This document shows, piece after piece, positions 45,437 to 55,882 of a stretch of DNA of 64,000 nucleotides. Position 1 is the stretch's first letter; each line of letters starts with the position of its first letter. A program made the position numbers and the translations under genes. The stretch is taken from the sequence record OR670491.1; one strand, 5' to 3'. The notes under the pieces were generated by a model, which ran no database searches, was not told the origin of the DNA, and saw nothing but the letters and a program-made list of their open reading frames with translations.

Positions 45437-46004
45437 CCCAGAAGAGACAGTATTTGAGTACACATATGAAAATGCTGTAGAGCTTTGTACAAAATTAAAA
45501 GAAGTCCTTCAAATTTACAATTCCATTGTAAATGACCCAAAGAATAAAGATAAAAATGTAATCCAATTAAATGCATTTTGTTCCATAAACATAGCAAAAG
45601 ACCATTCAGAATTACAGGTCCGTAAAACACAAGATAACGAGGACAAATTCAGATTCATCAGGAATTATCCAATATCAGATGTATTATCATATCTTAGTTT
45701 TCCACCTGGTCCTTGTTTGAGTAAAGAAGATACGGATTCATTTTGGTATAATAGTACATTCCAGTACATGGGTATTAATAACAAGGGTTCAGATGCAACG
45801 GACAGGATTGAAGTGAATCAAAGTCCTAAAAGTGCAGAGGAATTCTTTCAGTACAGTACCCTTATGCATCCAAGAACAATTTTTTATTCATGCGTTTTAG
45901 ATGCTTTGAAGAGTTCAGGTTTAGATTTACCGCATTTACGTTTCAACCCACAGAGCATTCCTAGTGTGTGGGAAATGTTAAAGAACGAGCCGCCTGTGTC
46001 GTAA
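45423..46004 (+). CDS. family C protein
   Basis: EEFFQYSTLM. Confidence 0.8.
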   Translation: MKYSNPEETVFEYTYENAVELCTKLKEVLQIYNSIVNDPKNKDKNVIQLNAFCSINIAKDHSELQVRKTQDNEDKFRFIRNYPISDVLSYLSFPPGPCLSKEDTDSFWYNSTFQYMGINNKGSDATDRIEVNQSPKSAEEFFQYSTLMHPRTIFYSCVLDALKSSGLDLPHLRFNPQSIPSVWEMLKNEPPVS

Positions 46005-46020
46005 GATACGGGCTTTTTTT
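45992..46020 (+). terminator. intrinsic terminator
   Basis: GCCTGTGTC-GTAA-GATACGGGC + T7. Confidence 0.8.
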
Positions 46021-46023
46021 GTA

Positions 46024-46052
46024 TTGACAAAAGCAAAAGTACCAAGTACAAT
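46024..46052 (+). promoter_or_regulatory. sigma70-type promoter
   Basis: TTGACA-17-TACAAT. Confidence 0.8.
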
Positions 46053-46080
46053 ACAGATATATTAATAAAAGGAACATACC

Positions 46081-46647
46081 ATGCAACCAGTACAACCAGT
46101 ACAACCAGTACCTAAAGTGCCTAAAGTGCATCTAGTAGCCGATTTCGAAGTACCACAAACGTTCGAAGAGTGCAATGCGTACATCGACAAGGTGCTTTGT
46201 ATTTTCAAGGCATTCATTGAAGATGACATTCCATCCTTTGATTACGAACATCCCAGCCAAGGGTACGCAAACATGTACACAAGGAATAACATGAGTGGTA
46301 TTATTCCTCACATCACGAGTACAACGTTTTGGTACACAGATAGTTCAAAGAAATCAAAAGATTTCCTTGTACGCGATTTGAATTTAAACGAACCTTCATC
46401 AGTACCTATGCTGTTTGAGCCTATTCAATCCAAAGAAGAGTATTTTCAGTACAGCACCTTGTATACAGCATTTGAGTTATTTTGTATTCAGATGTACGCA
46501 AGAACAAATGCTTATATTAAAGATAATCCAATCAATTTCAAAAGTGCCAAGATTGTCCATCCTGTATTTGCTGATTTATATGATTCAGTGTATTCAGGTA
46601 AAAAGCCAAAGTACACCACAACAGCGTATAGAGCGTTTCGTCCTTAA
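46081..46647 (+). CDS. family C protein
   Basis: EEYFQYSTLY; N-terminal QPV/PKV micro-repeats. Confidence 0.8.
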   Translation: MQPVQPVQPVPKVPKVHLVADFEVPQTFEECNAYIDKVLCIFKAFIEDDIPSFDYEHPSQGYANMYTRNNMSGIIPHITSTTFWYTDSSKKSKDFLVRDLNLNEPSSVPMLFEPIQSKEEYFQYSTLYTAFELFCIQMYARTNAYIKDNPINFKSAKIVHPVFADLYDSVYSGKKPKYTTTAYRAFRP

Positions 46648-46656
46648 GGAGCTATA

Positions 46657-47268
46657 ATGAGTTACATGAGTTCGCACAGATTATTAGATGTGTTAAAGGA
46701 GCATCTTGTTTTCCTTCAGGACAAGTTACGTTCCTTTTCAGAGACATTCCCGGAGGGTAGTAAGTTGGTAGTTCCTTTTCGTGCACCCAATGTGAATGAC
46801 CAGTTCATAGTACACATCAGTACAGATAATATTTCGTTGCGTATTATCAATTCAGATTTAGATTTATTCGGTGTAAGATTCAATACAAAACAAACGGTAT
46901 CGAGTTCGTCCCTGAACAAATGGGATTTTTGTATTGCTCACCCTAATAAAGCTGAAGAGATTTGGATACAAATCAGTGCAGATGGTCATGAGAGATCGCA
47001 TTTTGCGTATTATCCTAAAACAGATAAGTTCCCAGAATCAGTGTATTACAAGAGAACAGATTATGAAACATTGGATTCATTTTTGTTCCAGCAGCAGATG
47101 TTTGAAGGCGTAAGAAATCAAGATGAAATCCAGAAGGACATTGATACAATCCTTGATATCCAAAGTTATCTTGATGAAGACATGTACGTATATCATGGTA
47201 ATTCAGTTATTTTTGAAAATGTATTACCGTCCTTTATCAATGCATTACAAGATATTAAGGTGTTTTAA
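46657..47268 (+). CDS. family C-like protein
   Basis: DSFLFQQQMF. Confidence 0.7.
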   Translation: MSYMSSHRLLDVLKEHLVFLQDKLRSFSETFPEGSKLVVPFRAPNVNDQFIVHISTDNISLRIINSDLDLFGVRFNTKQTVSSSSLNKWDFCIAHPNKAEEIWIQISADGHERSHFAYYPKTDKFPESVYYKRTDYETLDSFLFQQQMFEGVRNQDEIQKDIDTILDIQSYLDEDMYVYHGNSVIFENVLPSFINALQDIKVF

Positions 47269-47501
47269 TGATTTTATTCAATACAGGTCCGTGTTCCTTA
47301 GAAGTGATGTTTTCAAGAAATCGTTTATGGAATCAAAAATTCAGGGACGATACGTTGTTTCACAGGATGGTACAAACCTTCGAAAACGAGAAAGAAGAAG
47401 AATACATACACAGAATCATGTACATAGCAGTCCTCAGTACACCTGAATATTACGAGCGTTTGAGAGCGTTCAATTCCACAATACCAAAGGAGCCTAAGTG
47501 A
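47268..47501 (+). CDS. hypothetical protein
   Basis: TAATG overlap. Confidence 0.55.
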   Translation: MILFNTGPCSLEVMFSRNRLWNQKFRDDTLFHRMVQTFENEKEEEYIHRIMYIAVLSTPEYYERLRAFNSTIPKEPK

Positions 47502-47899
47502 CAACCATGAAACCAGTACCGTTAAGATATCAATTTTGTGCTTACGCAGTGCAAATGTACAGTTCAGAAGGTATATGTCAATACGAGTTTGATATTGAGT
47601 CACAGGAGACGAATGAAGAGGTGTACACGGTACGTTACCTTTACGGGAAGTACACCTTCGCTATCAAAGACAAGCACAGAAACATATCCCCTGTTCCTAA
47701 TTTTGTACACGAACCGGAGTTGGAGTTCCAGTACAGCACCTTAAGAGATGACATTCCTGTGCACAAGAAGATGCAGGATGTGCTGATAAAGTTCGTAGAA
47801 TGTGTTATGGCGGTTGACAATTACCCGAATATCCTGTACATTACCTTTGATAGTTACGAAATCTTAGAAGATATGTTCGAGGGATGGGAATTATGTTAA
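47498..47899 (+). CDS. family C protein, short type
   Basis: ELEFQYSTLRD. Confidence 0.75.
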   Translation: MTTMKPVPLRYQFCAYAVQMYSSEGICQYEFDIESQETNEEVYTVRYLYGKYTFAIKDKHRNISPVPNFVHEPELEFQYSTLRDDIPVHKKMQDVLIKFVECVMAVDNYPNILYITFDSYEILEDMFEGWELC

Positions 47900-48087
47900 G
47901 TGAAAATCAGACCAAAATAATTGACAGGATGGTATCCCTGCATATCAGTCAGTACCTTTATGATTCCAGAAGAGGTATTGATACATGGGACATTACAATG
48001 CAATGCATCAGGCTTTTTTATTCGGATTTTAATAATGGATTAAAATGGCTCCAAGAGAGAAAAGATGAGAAAGTACACCAGACATGA
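47884..48087 (+). CDS. hypothetical protein
   Basis: ORF in + strand run. Confidence 0.55.
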   Translation: MGIMLSENQTKIIDRMVSLHISQYLYDSRRGIDTWDITMQCIRLFYSDFNNGLKWLQERKDEKVHQT

Positions 48088-48265
48088 GTTTATAGTAGAA
48101 ATTCAGGAAGTATTTCAGAGGTGGAAAGCCTTGGGTTTAGAGAATTTTCCGTATCAGGATTTTAAATTATTACATTTTTGGGGTAGTAATATGCAGGACG
48201 CTGTATTAAAAGAGTACCTAAAAGAGATGCAGTACAAGATACAGTACAAGAAGGAACAACAATGA
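48065..48265 (+). CDS. family B-like protein
   Basis: WGSNMQD followed by EYLKEM helix. Confidence 0.65.
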   Translation: MRKYTRHEFIVEIQEVFQRWKALGLENFPYQDFKLLHFWGSNMQDAVLKEYLKEMQYKIQYKKEQQ

Positions 48266-48486
48266 GTCCAAATCCAAGTCATGAAGTTGCATTTGATTCG
48301 AGTATAGTACATTTAGTTGTAGAAATGGTTAATGAAGATTTCAAACATGAAATTAACAAAGACCGATGGGAAATGCTTTTGGAGTTCATATTACAAAACA
48401 TCAGGTCGTATTGGACGGAGGCAGTACGAGAAGAGATGTTTTGGAGGGGTGAAATTCAAATGATAAATAACGGCATTTTGGAATAA
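48262..48486 (+). CDS. hypothetical protein
   Basis: ATGA overlap, AAGGA RBS. Confidence 0.6.
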   Translation: MSPNPSHEVAFDSSIVHLVVEMVNEDFKHEINKDRWEMLLEFILQNIRSYWTEAVREEMFWRGEIQMINNGILE

Positions 48487-48690
48487 CATGAGGGGGCGGT
48501 TTTACAGGCCGATGTTTTAGGGGTCAAAAAAATTTCCGCTTTAACAAGGTGGAGATTATCTTTTATATATCCTGTTAGAATTGTGCATAAGCGTAGAAGG
48601 AATTTTCGAAAAAGAAAAAAAGACGCGACGCAGGCACGATTCGGGCTGGGAATATATTTCTTTATCTTGTATTTTAATTTGGAGTTCATT

Positions 48691-49035
48691 ATGGATTTTG
48701 ATTATTCGATTTACAGTATAAAGTACCATGATTCTTTTGAATTGTATTGTAATCTTGTAAAGGGTGATAGCAAGCACGATTGTGAGCAATTCCTGCGATA
48801 CGATGGGAAACAATTTCATTTCTATGATTACTGTACTGGAGATAAAGAAGAAGTACCAGATTATACGGGGCTGGATGATGCAGAACTATTTCAGGCTAGA
48901 CTTGTATTTGATTCGAGATTAGTTTGCAGTATTGAAGAGATGATTCCTTTACAACAGGAATTAAAAGAACATTCCGAAAAGAAAGTCCAGTACGGATATG
49001 ATCATCGTTATTACTTTAATCTAGAGGATAAGTAA
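48691..49035 (+). CDS. family C protein, short type
   Basis: ELFQARLVFD; ATG 48691 behind GGAG. Confidence 0.75.
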   Translation: MDFDYSIYSIKYHDSFELYCNLVKGDSKHDCEQFLRYDGKQFHFYDYCTGDKEEVPDYTGLDDAELFQARLVFDSRLVCSIEEMIPLQQELKEHSEKKVQYGYDHRYYFNLEDK

Positions 49036-49511
49036 TGAGTTTAGAAAGTGCACTGGAATTAGGTCGAAGGATAGTTCCTATTATTAATTTCTACCAAAAG
49101 AATTTATATAAGCTAGGATACTTCAATGATGAAATCCTGACTCCAGAAGAACTGGAGTTGGGATACATGTGTATGTTAGCCTTTGGTCAGTATCATACTA
49201 GTGGTGATTGTGATATGAACCTTAGTGGTGGATATCTTGATTTCGAAAGGAATAGTGCACTCCAATTCGTAGACAGAAATGGTTCAGTACAACGTATTGA
49301 ACCGGAAGAGTTTAAAGAATTTAGTACTATGACAGAGGATATGTATTTCCAGTTAAGTACTCTTTACAGTTCAGAAGCACTTGATGCAATGATACTTTTT
49401 GATTACTTATATGGCAGTGATGTTCCTAACTTCGTGTATCTAAGTCTTACTCGCTTGGATATTCTGGAAGAATTATATGAACAGGATTTATTAAAACAGG
49501 TACATATGTAA
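49035..49511 (+). CDS. family C protein, long type
   Basis: EDMYFQLSTLYS. Confidence 0.8.
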   Translation: MSLESALELGRRIVPIINFYQKNLYKLGYFNDEILTPEELELGYMCMLAFGQYHTSGDCDMNLSGGYLDFERNSALQFVDRNGSVQRIEPEEFKEFSTMTEDMYFQLSTLYSSEALDAMILFDYLYGSDVPNFVYLSLTRLDILEELYEQDLLKQVHM

Positions 49512-49864
49512 TGGAATTTGAATTTGTAATATCGACACATAGTTTCAAGTTACAGCGTCAGTACTTTTGTAATTTAAACAAAGGTGATATGATACACGCA
49601 GGGAATGAATATCTTCATTACAGTAGTGGTAAATTTACATTTGTTAATTACGATAATTATCTTAATCCACATGAAGAGATGCTGGATTATACAGTACTAC
49701 CAGATGGTGAACTATTTCAGCAGTCCCTGGTATTTGATAAGAAGTACATTTGTTCTTTTGAGGATGTTTGTGCTTTGCAGAAGATCATAAAAGAATACGA
49801 CAAGAGTATTTCTGGGCGTGATATAATAATTAAGGAATATAAGTTCAACCTAGAGGATATGTAA
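49511..49864 (+). CDS. family C protein, short type
   Basis: GELFQQSLVFD. Confidence 0.8.
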   Translation: MEFEFVISTHSFKLQRQYFCNLNKGDMIHAGNEYLHYSSGKFTFVNYDNYLNPHEEMLDYTVLPDGELFQQSLVFDKKYICSFEDVCALQKIIKEYDKSISGRDIIIKEYKFNLEDM

Positions 49865-50301
49865 TGAGTTTAGAAAGAGCATTAGAAATTGCTGAGTTGA
49901 TTGATTTGTGCAGAACTAAAATCAAAACTGACTGCCTCAATGGATATCTATACCAGGAAGGCAATTCATATTTCCGAAGTTTATTTGATGAAAGTTCTGA
50001 TAGTATTGAAATGTATGATGATAAGTTAGATACCAGATATACTGTTGAATGCGATGTTAGTTTAGAAGATAATTACATATTCTTTTGTAAGAACTCTAGT
50101 ATTGCATTAAGTTATAATGAGCTTCTCCCTTATTCAGTACTTGAAGGTAATTGGGGTAGTCCAGAATATTACTTCCAGCAAAGTACTATCTACAGTGAAG
50201 AAGTTCTTGATAAACTAGTCATTTTGTGGTACTTTAATAACACTAGTCCCAATAACTTCTACATGGACTTGGACATATTAGATGTAATGAAAGGGGGATA
50301 A
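49864..50301 (+). CDS. family C protein, long type
   Basis: EYYFQQSTIYS; FYMDLD. Confidence 0.8.
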   Translation: MSLERALEIAELIDLCRTKIKTDCLNGYLYQEGNSYFRSLFDESSDSIEMYDDKLDTRYTVECDVSLEDNYIFFCKNSSIALSYNELLPYSVLEGNWGSPEYYFQQSTIYSEEVLDKLVILWYFNNTSPNNFYMDLDILDVMKGG

Positions 50302-50303
50302 AC

Positions 50304-50783
50304 GTGTCATTTGAAAGTGCCTTTATGGAAGCCCAACGAATCCATGAGTACATGATTCGTATTATTAATGATGATAATCCAAATATAACAAAGTACTGTG
50401 ATGCATCATGGACTGAGTACTACCTATGTACACCAGCACAAAAAAATTACATGTTGGATTCAAATACTCGTATTCTACATTTATGCCCTGGTAGTAATCA
50501 CTTCTACTGTTGTCGTACAGCAGAGCACAGTACTATGGAGTTCAGTAGGAGTAGTCCTATTATTTTTTATAACTGGAATGTAGAGGGTTCTAACTATACT
50601 GACTGTACACACCAGATAGATGCAGAAGTACTGGATGAGCCGTGGGATTCTTCTGATTATTATTTTCAGATGAGCACTGTGTACGAAGAAGATGTACTTG
50701 ACACTTTAGTACTGATGTGGTACTTTAAGCACAGAACAGATTATCCAGATTTCTATCTGGAGTACTTCCACGACATAGGCTAA
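50304..50783 (+). CDS. family C protein, long type
   Basis: DYYFQMSTVYE. Confidence 0.8.
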   Translation: MSFESAFMEAQRIHEYMIRIINDDNPNITKYCDASWTEYYLCTPAQKNYMLDSNTRILHLCPGSNHFYCCRTAEHSTMEFSRSSPIIFYNWNVEGSNYTDCTHQIDAEVLDEPWDSSDYYFQMSTVYEEDVLDTLVLMWYFKHRTDYPDFYLEYFHDIG

Positions 50784-50792
50784 GAGGATTAT

Positions 50793-51341
50793 ATGGATTA
50801 CACATTTAATGGTTTAGAGTACAGGCACTGTATTGCAATGGCTAAAGTACTGGAGTACGTTGTTACCAGATTGCAATGCAATGAATTTCTTAAGCGAAAT
50901 ATCTTATATCTAAATTCCGATGGTTACTTGTGCCATATTAATGATTTTGTTGACTTTGGTTGGGGCGTTCGTATTGACAAAGATACCATATCAAGAGCCG
51001 GATGCAGGGGTGCAGTTCTTACGCACTGTATTTGTTTTTCTCCTGATAGTAGATCTGTTATTATCAATCACGACAGTCAAAAATATTTTCTGGGTCTGGA
51101 CAATGGAGATTTGGAAGCGTGGTTCTTCCAGAACATTTTAGTACTTGAACCTATGAAAGTACTATATATGGTAGTGTTTAATTATTTGTACAACATTAAA
51201 TGCATAGATTCATTTGATATAGAAATGAGTCTTATGCGTATTATCAATCAAATACCTGAACTCCAGCGTATTACAGAAGAACCGTACTTCAACGATTTCA
51301 CAGAATTATATCGTATGCACAGCTTTGAAGGAGATGAATAA
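50793..51341 (+). CDS. family C-like protein
   Basis: AWFFQNILVL. Confidence 0.7.
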   Translation: MDYTFNGLEYRHCIAMAKVLEYVVTRLQCNEFLKRNILYLNSDGYLCHINDFVDFGWGVRIDKDTISRAGCRGAVLTHCICFSPDSRSVIINHDSQKYFLGLDNGDLEAWFFQNILVLEPMKVLYMVVFNYLYNIKCIDSFDIEMSLMRIINQIPELQRITEEPYFNDFTELYRMHSFEGDE

Positions 51342-51823
51342 TGTCATTTAAAGGAGCACTTGAAAAAGCTAATACTATTTTCGAGTACTATAAACTATTT
51401 CGTAATGGTGACTTGGATGATCTTTTTCAATGCAGCGATTTTTCTAATTCATACTTTCATACCAATAGTGATGGTAAGACATGGATAGTATACAGTACTA
51501 GTGGATCACGTGAAACTATTGAGTACTGCTGCAATCCAGACAGGGATTATATCTCGTACTGTCATAATTCTGAATATATTAATCTTGAGTTATGGACACA
51601 TGATGACAGTACTTACATGAAGACAACTGTTGATGGTGATGAGTTAAATGCCATGTACCAAGATTGGTTATCAGAAGATTATTACTTCCAGCAAAGTACT
51701 TTGCACAAGGAAATGTATCTTGATGCTATGGTAGTTCTTTCTTATCTTCGTTCTAAGAATTTAAGTCCTTTTTATTTGAATTTAGGTTATCTTGAAGAAA
51801 TCAAGAAGTCAATGCAAGGGTAA
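51341..51823 (+). CDS. family C protein, long type
   Basis: EDYYFQQSTLH. Confidence 0.8.
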   Translation: MSFKGALEKANTIFEYYKLFRNGDLDDLFQCSDFSNSYFHTNSDGKTWIVYSTSGSRETIEYCCNPDRDYISYCHNSEYINLELWTHDDSTYMKTTVDGDELNAMYQDWLSEDYYFQQSTLHKEMYLDAMVVLSYLRSKNLSPFYLNLGYLEEIKKSMQG

Positions 51824-51826
51824 TCA

Positions 51827-52174
51827 ATGAAAACTGAAATAGATGTAACTAACTTTTCGTACCACGGTACACTGTATTGTATTTTTAAACTCAAGAACAA
51901 AGATGTATCAATTCGTGCTCTTTATAATATTTGTACTACCGAAACTGAATACGATTTGTACATAGTTAAAGATGAACGTGGTGAGCGTGGTAGGATTCCT
52001 AATTACGCTGAATGTTCATACAGGGATGAATATGAAGCTTTTATGTTCCAGGAATCATTAGTATGGGAGAAGGATGTTGATTTCTTCTTAGTAAAAGAAA
52101 TCCAAGAGTACTTCCAACGTAATCACGAAAAGTTTATAAATGATGATTCCAAATTTACTTTAACACTAGGATAA
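51827..52174 (+). CDS. family C protein, short type
   Basis: FMFQESLVWE. Confidence 0.8.
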   Translation: MKTEIDVTNFSYHGTLYCIFKLKNKDVSIRALYNICTTETEYDLYIVKDERGERGRIPNYAECSYRDEYEAFMFQESLVWEKDVDFFLVKEIQEYFQRNHEKFINDDSKFTLTLG

Positions 52175-52177
52175 TTT

Positions 52178-52570
52178 ATGACATTCGAAGATTCACAAAG
52201 AATTGTAAGTAAATGTATGGAATTAATAAAAGAATTAAAAGAAGTAACAGAATATGATCTATCATTTGCTGAACAAAATGAATTCAAGATTGATGGTTCT
52301 TTTTACTACAATCCCCTTTGGGATAAAAAAATCACATTCTTCTCAAAAGAGGGTTATAAAACAGATTATCCCCTAGAGCCAGAGCACGATCCTAGTACTG
52401 AAGAAGGTTTCTTTCAGTTGAGTTTACTTTACAATGATGATATAGTTCTAATGTACGCGATGTTCGATGCGTTCAAAAAGAGCGATTACGAAGAAATTTT
52501 CTTCCCTAATTATCGTTACCGTGTTGAACTAACTGGGATGGTGAAATGCAAAGTCAAAGTGGAGGAATAG
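52178..52570 (+). CDS. family C protein
   Basis: EEGFFQLSLLY. Confidence 0.8.
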   Translation: MTFEDSQRIVSKCMELIKELKEVTEYDLSFAEQNEFKIDGSFYYNPLWDKKITFFSKEGYKTDYPLEPEHDPSTEEGFFQLSLLYNDDIVLMYAMFDAFKKSDYEEIFFPNYRYRVELTGMVKCKVKVEE

Positions 52571-52571
52571 T

Positions 52572-52883
52572 GTGACACACGATGAATATAAAAGAGTCAT
52601 TACTGTGCAGAGTTCACTCCTTGATATAACTAAGGAGGATGCTGCATATGCACTTGTTTGTAAGAATATTCTTTCTGATTACCAAGATTTCTTTACGAAG
52701 AAATACACTGCTCGTTCTGTTTTGTTCACGGTGTACTTGGTAGGGGAAGAACAAATCCAAGAAATGAAAATAAACGAGTACTGTATAAATTTACACGCGA
52801 TATTCTTCAGAGTAGGTAAAAACGGTTCTAACTCATACGCTGCCAGATGTTTCAGTACTGGATACGTTGAATTACTCCCATAG
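52572..52883 (+). CDS. hypothetical protein
   Basis: GTG start behind GGAGG. Confidence 0.65.
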   Translation: MTHDEYKRVITVQSSLLDITKEDAAYALVCKNILSDYQDFFTKKYTARSVLFTVYLVGEEQIQEMKINEYCINLHAIFFRVGKNGSNSYAARCFSTGYVELLP

Positions 52884-52885
52884 GA

Positions 52886-52913
52886 TTGACACTTGGGAGT
52901 TTTGTGCTATAAT
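52886..52913 (+). promoter_or_regulatory. sigma70-type promoter
   Basis: TTGACA-16-TATAAT. Confidence 0.75.
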
Positions 52914-52929
52914 ATTTTTAGAGGTACTT

Positions 52930-53241
52930 ATGACAACATATACAGTTGAGGTTAGCAGTTACGGGACGTACACGTACAGGGCAGGTGTAGTAGGTAAATT
53001 AGATCAGATCCTTGCATACGATGCATTTGAAGATTTCTGGTACATTCCATATCCTAATGAACGCAAATACGCTGATATCAGTGAAATCTTTAAGATGAAT
53101 GAAGAAGAGTTGTTTCAATTCTCATTAGTATGGGAACATAAAATCCCAATGGAAGTCGTTCTTGCACTGAATCCTATCATCATGAATTTAGTACTGAATT
53201 GTGAAACGCCCCGCAACATGAAGATTACATTTGAGGTGTAA
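52930..53241 (+). CDS. family C protein, short type
   Basis: EELFQFSLVWE; ATG 52930 behind GAGG. Confidence 0.8.
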   Translation: MTTYTVEVSSYGTYTYRAGVVGKLDQILAYDAFEDFWYIPYPNERKYADISEIFKMNEEELFQFSLVWEHKIPMEVVLALNPIIMNLVLNCETPRNMKITFEV

Positions 53242-53712
53242 ATGATTAATTTAGAGAATAGCAGGACTTTAGCGAATAAGGTTATTACAATTGTTCAGTA
53301 CTACCATACAAACAGGCATCTTCTTACTGAGAATGTTCTGGTAGTTAGTAGGAGTGAAGATTTCGATGTAGATGCCTTAAAGGTATGTGAATGTATTTCT
53401 GAAGATAATTTAACAGAATACAGTGCTCGTTATCAGTACATGTGCTACAATAAGATGAGACGCTTGCACATTTCGAGTGACATGTACCCAACTAAAGATG
53501 AATTCGAAGAATTTGATATCACCAAAGATGAGTGCATGTATGCCTGTACTGAAGAAGGTTTCTTTCAATTAGAGACAATGTATTACCCTGAAGTTGTTGA
53601 AATTATTGCAGCTTTTGGTTTCATTTATAATAGCGATATTAACGTTGACTTCTATCTGGACTTAGATTATCTGGATTATCTTTATGCTGAGGCTACTAAA
53701 AATGAACATTAA
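53242..53712 (+). CDS. family C protein, long type
   Basis: EEGFFQLETMY; FYLDLD. Confidence 0.8.
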   Translation: MINLENSRTLANKVITIVQYYHTNRHLLTENVLVVSRSEDFDVDALKVCECISEDNLTEYSARYQYMCYNKMRRLHISSDMYPTKDEFEEFDITKDECMYACTEEGFFQLETMYYPEVVEIIAAFGFIYNSDINVDFYLDLDYLDYLYAEATKNEH

Positions 53713-54238
53713 TATTAACAATCCAGAATCACTTGAGTACTTTTATTCTTTTATTACTAAAGCAGTTCCTTTGATCAAACAATCATTTCTCGAAGGTACT
53801 GAAGATAAACTTCTGAATTCTAAGTACACTATTGATGGCACAGTCCAAGAAAAATCTTCAGCGTTTCAGTCATGTGAAGTGCGTAATGTATTTTGTAAAA
53901 GCGAAGTGCCTGTTATCATTGGGACAAGTGTGTCTAATTCTTTTATGACAGTAGATGATGATGGTAAAATTCTACGTTTCGAGTACACAAGAAAAAGTAA
54001 TGTCTTTGAGTTATTCACTAATACAAAATACAAGTTCAGTTCTTCGTGTAACGCATTTCTTATTCCTGAATATAATTACACAGAATTTGAAGAACAATGT
54101 TTCCAGTTGCGTTGTACCGATGAGAACTGTGAACTAATGATTTTCTTAATGAAACTAAGAATGGTTATGAATAATACATTTGCAATGTACTTACCGTTCT
54201 TAAAAGTAAATGAAGTATTCAATGAAGGTGTACTGTGA
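53702..54238 (+). CDS. family C protein
   Basis: EEQCFQLRC. Confidence 0.7.
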   Translation: MNININNPESLEYFYSFITKAVPLIKQSFLEGTEDKLLNSKYTIDGTVQEKSSAFQSCEVRNVFCKSEVPVIIGTSVSNSFMTVDDDGKILRFEYTRKSNVFELFTNTKYKFSSSCNAFLIPEYNYTEFEEQCFQLRCTDENCELMIFLMKLRMVMNNTFAMYLPFLKVNEVFNEGVL

Positions 54239-54444
54239 GTAAAATAAAGTACATCAATGATGATTACATTATGAAGAACGCTATTAAGTACTTCAGTAAT
54301 TCTGCCAATCAGGGTGACAATCTTAAGATGGTGGAGATTCGTGTACTCATATACTTAGGAACACAACACCAGGAAAAATTGATTGCAGAATATCTTGATT
54401 CACTAAAACGACATGTAGAGAAAATTTATTATGGAATACAATGA
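54235..54444 (+). CDS. family B protein (outlier)
   Basis: LGTQHQE. Confidence 0.7.
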   Translation: MSKIKYINDDYIMKNAIKYFSNSANQGDNLKMVEIRVLIYLGTQHQEKLIAEYLDSLKRHVEKIYYGIQ

Positions 54445-54931
54445 AGTTTTGAAGTTATACGAAGATATTTGTACTGCAATTAAAGTTGTGGAACTTGATA
54501 CAAAGAATCCAAATCCCAAGTTACATACACAGATAGTTAGTCCAGTAGCTTCCTTCCGTAAGATATTAATAAAATCAGACTACGAGATGGAACACTTAAT
54601 GTTTGTACATGATGAGAAGTTGACTAATATTGTACCGAACTCTCATTTCGAACAAGCAATGCATACGTTCATGTCATTCCACAAGGACAGTACTAAAATC
54701 ATGTTACACAGTGATATATACACTGAGTATGATATTGTTCCTGTGGAGTTGAATGCTGACAGTTATTTTCAGTACAGTTTTGTGTACGACGAGACGCTAC
54801 TGATGATGCAGTTTCTTTCTAATCTATACATGCAGAACGATGACCTTCCGAACTTCATTAAGATTAATATTTCATATCTCAAGATGCCACAGTACTTAAA
54901 GATTAAGGAATACTACAGTGATTTACTCTGA
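54431..54931 (+). CDS. family C protein
   Basis: DSYFQYSFVYD. Confidence 0.8.
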   Translation: MEYNEVLKLYEDICTAIKVVELDTKNPNPKLHTQIVSPVASFRKILIKSDYEMEHLMFVHDEKLTNIVPNSHFEQAMHTFMSFHKDSTKIMLHSDIYTEYDIVPVELNADSYFQYSFVYDETLLMMQFLSNLYMQNDDLPNFIKINISYLKMPQYLKIKEYYSDLL

Positions 54932-55460
54932 ATACAATTCGTTAATTGAAACTATTGAAAAGTCCAGACGTGCTCATACGTTAATGGTTAAGTACGATAT
55001 TAATAAGTATAAGAAATTTAGTATTCAAGAACTTGAACTCGGTGAAAATACAAGGAAATTTCTTTCTTATAGTGGTAGAATGTTTATCTCTCTTAATTTC
55101 TTTGAGAATCCAGATTTGGAATTGATGCGTTCTATGGTTACATCAATGGACGATAAAATACAAAGTATCTATTTCCGTAATGGCAAGAAGATGGAAATCC
55201 ATGTGTACTATCAGTGTGATGACCGTTTATCATATGATATTACAAACTATCCACAATTCAGTACTTCAGACGATGCAGCTTTATTCCAGTACAGTACTCT
55301 GTACAGTAATTTTGATTTCATGTGCTTGTACATAATCAATGCCCTACGAGAACTGGACTATAACAATTACAACATCAACTGCTCTGTAATGCAGGACGAT
55401 GGTTTCGATGAAGGTATTGATGAGTTACTTACATATCTAAATGAGTACATTAATGAATAA
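54918..55460 (+). CDS. family C protein
   Basis: ALFQYSTLYS. Confidence 0.8.
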   Translation: MIYSEYNSLIETIEKSRRAHTLMVKYDINKYKKFSIQELELGENTRKFLSYSGRMFISLNFFENPDLELMRSMVTSMDDKIQSIYFRNGKKMEIHVYYQCDDRLSYDITNYPQFSTSDDAALFQYSTLYSNFDFMCLYIINALRELDYNNYNINCSVMQDDGFDEGIDELLTYLNEYINE

Positions 55461-55513
55461 AATAGAAATAAAATCTTTTTGTAATAGTTTTATAAAAGAT
55501 CTGGAGTACTAAT

Positions 55514-55882
55514 ATGAAACAGGTATTTCGTTATACGTATTACACTACAAAAAAGCAATTGGTTTCTTTATTTGGTTTCAAGACTTTGAAGACAAATGCA
55601 TATCAAAGGGTATTCATTGGCATTGATGATAATGGTTTCTTTCAATTACTGTCCAATGAAAGTGATAAGTCCTATACTATCCCTGACACTACTGTACTGG
55701 GAGAAGGTGAATTATTCCAGTTGAGTACTGTATGGGATGATTCAGAATATGCATGTAATTTTGAGAATTTTGTTCAGTACCAGAAAATATTACGAACTGA
55801 TTTTGAGAACTACCCAGTGAAAGTATTAAGTACTGGAAACGAACAATACAGACAAAAAGTGGTTGAACTTGATGCGTATTGA
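55514..55882 (+). CDS. family C protein, short type
   Basis: GELFQLSTVWD. Confidence 0.8.
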   Translation: MKQVFRYTYYTTKKQLVSLFGFKTLKTNAYQRVFIGIDDNGFFQLLSNESDKSYTIPDTTVLGEGELFQLSTVWDDSEYACNFENFVQYQKILRTDFENYPVKVLSTGNEQYRQKVVELDAY

